Source of the DNA: Planctomycetota bacterium
GTDB lineage: Bacteria; Planctomycetota; Phycisphaerae; FEN-1346
Direction of reading: 5' to 3'
Assembly: GCA_026387035.1 (NCBI GenBank)
Contig: JAPLMM010000004.1
Location: forward strand, 1 to 56,325
Length of the DNA stretch: 56,325 bases
A program made the translations under genes and the position numbers. Of the stretch, positions 54,237-56,325 are shown in pieces (positions within the stretch are counted from its first letter, which is position 1; each line of letters starts with the position of its first letter). The notes beneath the pieces were generated by a model. That model was not told where the DNA came from, made no database searches, and saw only the letters and a list, made by a program, of their open reading frames with translations.

Positions 54237-56324
54237 CTACGCCGTTACGAAGCGTTCGAGTGTTTCGCTTCCCGTCACTACAGTTGTGTTTGGACAAGAC
54301 ATGAGCCTCCTGGCAAGCGAGTCCCTCCGGCTCGTGGACGTGGCGACAACGAAAACCGTCCGCATTTCCGCCTCCAGGCACTTCTGGACGTTGGCTGCCG
54401 CGTCGGATTCACCGGTCTCGATCTCGAAGGCAATGCGCTCGTTGCCGCGCGAGGCGACGAGGTCGATGGTCTTGCCGCCGCCAATCGGATACTCTTCGGT
54501 GACCTCGTAGCCACAGGATTTCAGGTGCTCGGCAAGGCGGCGCTTCCAGTAGGTATGCACCGGCCCGCCGTTCCTGTTTGAAGCGGCGTTGGGCAGCCCA
54601 AGCGCCTGCCTTCCTTCTTCTGTCAGGGCGAGGATTTTCCCACTACCGCCACGGAGGGAGATGCTTGCCGACTCGATAAGCCTCCGATCTATCAGGGCGC
54701 GCTGGATTGCAGTGCCTTTTCGCGCCGGTAAGGCCAGACGACAATACCGATCCACCACAAAAGATGTTGGACGTTCCTGAACGTCCATCAGAAATTTTCG
54801 TTCCTGCGTTGTAAGCCGAATTGCGCACTCATCCCCCATCATCCCCTCGTCTCCTTTTTCCTTTTTTGGAATAGTAATCTTAATGTCATCTTGCGTGGCG
54901 TCTTGCCCGGAATCCGCCGCAGACGCCGGAATCGGAGCGGAATGTGTCTCTCGACGTGATGGTTCCAAAGGGGAGGGAGTCGGCAACAGATTTGCTCGTT
55001 CCCTTATCGTCTGGTCGCTGACGCGCCCCTTGTCTATCTTGACGAGCGGCAACCTGACCAGGAACGGCCAGAACCAGCGGCCCTGGAGTTTGGCGACCGC
55101 CCAGCCCACTTCGAGCCGGCCCAGGTAATCGGTCTGCTCGCTGTTCAAGAGGAGGCAATCCTGCATCATGGCAAGGTCGCCGCGATGTTTAAGATTAAAG
55201 GCGAAGGTGGTGTAGGTGTTGCCGAGGGCGGGCTTCGAGATCAGGCTGGGATGCTGGTCCAGGCAGATGATGGCCTCTCCCAGTTCGCGGATCTCCCTCA
55301 GGATGACGTCGGTGACGGTCTCTTCGCCCGTGGCCTCCTGCTTCTTCCGCAGCAGGATGTGGTGGGCCTCCTCGATGAAGACGGCGTGCTTGAACTCCTC
55401 GCGGTCCGGCTGGCCCATGCGGTAATGGTGGATCCAGAGGAGCAGGGATTCGATCAGGAAGGTCTTGTCCGCGTTGGTCAGGGCGTCAAGTTCAAGGACC
55501 ACCTGGCGGTTGAGAAGGTCCGCGACGTCGAAGGGGGCCTCGCTGTTCAGCACGCGGCCCATCTCGCCGAAGCAGAGGACCTCCACGGCGCGCATGGCAG
55601 ACTCCATCCAGCCGGCCTCCCTGCCTTTGGTTTTCCGCTCGAGCAGGAAGTTCCTGACGTCTGCCAGGGTGGGCATGCGTACCGGCGCCCCGTCGTAGAC
55701 GCCGAATCGCCGGTACAGGCTGTCGATGGCCCGCATGAGCAGAACCGTCACGCCTTCGCCGAGAAAATAGGCGTGGCACATGATCTCGATGAGTTTCTTC
55801 AGCCACACCGTCGCCTGGGTCCCCGGCGGCGGGATCAGCGGGTTGAAGTGGAACGGTGCCACGTTTCTGCCCACGGTCAGCACGACGAGATCGCCGCATT
55901 CGGGCAGGGAGAGCAGGTCGCGGTAGTTGCGCTTCCAGTCAAAGACCAGAAAGGGCTTACCGGCCCTGATGAGGTCGAGCACCAGAAGGTAGGCCAGGTT
56001 GGTCTTGCCGCTGCCCGAGCGGCCGAAGATGCCGATGTGCTGGATGAATTCCTCCTCGCGTATGCCGAAAGGGTACTGCGGTTCCTGTGCGTAGTACACC
56101 TGGCCCGCCGGGTAGTCGCCGGCAACCAGCGCGGCGGGTGGGGGCTTGAGAAGAACCTGACTGCTCTCGAAGGTCTCGTCCAGCCTCTGAGCCAGTTCGA
56201 TGCGGAGGACGCGTTCGATTTCCCTGCGGACTGAAGCGTCGGAAACCACGTACTCCTGCCAGAGGAGGTCGAGTTTTGGTCCCATCACAGGCCTGAGTTT
56301 GCGGAAGACGTCATCGATCTTCAT
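54237..56324 (-). CDS. HerA/FtsK-superfamily (DUF87-like) ATPase fused to a winged-helix domain and a C-terminal PD-(D/E)xK-like nuclease domain
   Basis: Walker A GIFGRSGSGKTN and Walker B AVFIEEAHHIL. wHTH RKGTAIQRALIDRRLIE. The C-terminus reads GGKTIDLVASRGNERIAFEIETGES...NVQKC. The ATG is 1 nt from the window edge. Confidence 0.75.
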   Translation of the reverse strand: MKIDDVFRKLRPVMGPKLDLLWQEYVVSDASVRREIERVLRIELAQRLDETFESSQVLLKPPPAALVAGDYPAGQVYYAQEPQYPFGIREEEFIQHIGIFGRSGSGKTNLAYLLVLDLIRAGKPFLVFDWKRNYRDLLSLPECGDLVVLTVGRNVAPFHFNPLIPPPGTQATVWLKKLIEIMCHAYFLGEGVTVLLMRAIDSLYRRFGVYDGAPVRMPTLADVRNFLLERKTKGREAGWMESAMRAVEVLCFGEMGRVLNSEAPFDVADLLNRQVVLELDALTNADKTFLIESLLLWIHHYRMGQPDREEFKHAVFIEEAHHILLRKKQEATGEETVTDVILREIRELGEAIICLDQHPSLISKPALGNTYTTFAFNLKHRGDLAMMQDCLLLNSEQTDYLGRLEVGWAVAKLQGRWFWPFLVRLPLVKIDKGRVSDQTIRERANLLPTPSPLEPSRRETHSAPIPASAADSGQDATQDDIKITIPKKEKGDEGMMGDECAIRLTTQERKFLMDVQERPTSFVVDRYCRLALPARKGTAIQRALIDRRLIESASISLRGGSGKILALTEEGRQALGLPNAASNRNGGPVHTYWKRRLAEHLKSCGYEVTEEYPIGGGKTIDLVASRGNERIAFEIETGESDAAANVQKCLEAEMRTVFVVATSTSRRDSLARRLMSCPNTTVVTGSETLERFVTA

Positions 56325-56325
56325 G

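Noticed and set aside
1-56325. Possibility that the whole window is archaeal, because of the Orc1/Cdc6, HTH_10, HerA-like and V4R genes
   Set aside because: The secretin, lipoboxes, ECF sigma factor, Rhs toxin and frequent Shine-Dalgarno motifs argue for a diderm bacterium. The archaeal-type genes are confined to the right-hand accessory region. A chimeric assembly cannot be excluded from sequence alone.

Overview
This is a 56.3-kb high-GC window with bacterial hallmarks: Shine-Dalgarno-led starts, ATGA/GTGA-coupled operons, and a type II secretion (T2SS) operon that includes a secretin. I found no rRNA, tRNA or CRISPR array. Layout: (i) 7-5824 is a plus-strand, translationally coupled operon of secreted and membrane proteins, including a zinc phospholipase-C-like protein and a tandem PstS-like binding protein. 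(ii) 5825-9780 is mobile-element debris. Two inverted, outward-facing IS256-family left-end fragments bracket an S8 subtilase that has no start codon. Next to them are one intact tyrosine recombinase with a C-terminal zinc ribbon and the C-terminal remnant of a second. (iii) 10026-22822 is a 13-gene minus-strand gsp/T2SS operon (TPR lipoprotein, M, L, C-like, K, J, I, H, G, F, E, D). It is headed by an unusual MauE-thioredoxin-2xDUF1573 fusion. (iv) 23271-40934 holds an ECF sigma factor, then a frameshifted protein of about 1370 aa built of roughly 123-aa tandem repeats. Then comes a 2167-aa Sec-signal Rhs/YD toxin with an HNH-type tip and an immunity gene. Two orphan rhs-CT cassettes follow, with unrecognisable toxin tips and TPR or zinc-ribbon candidate immunity genes. 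(v) 41124-43236 holds a proC-like gene and a DAP/ornithine-decarboxylase-fold gene whose PLP lysine is Met. (vi) 43425-56324 is an accessory island with archaeal-flavoured genes. It carries an HTH_10 regulator, an Orc1/Cdc6 AAA+ protein, a HEPN-MNT pair, and a Cys-rich peptide with a radical SAM enzyme (candidate new RiPP). It also carries a FimB-sized tyrosine recombinase beside inverted 9-bp core sites, a V4R protein, a methyltransferase, a GH16-like hydrolase, and a HerA-like ATPase fused to a wHTH and a PD-(D/E)xK nuclease. Most long ORFs antisense to these genes are high-GC shadow ORFs. All functional calls come from motif recognition by eye; no database search was possible.
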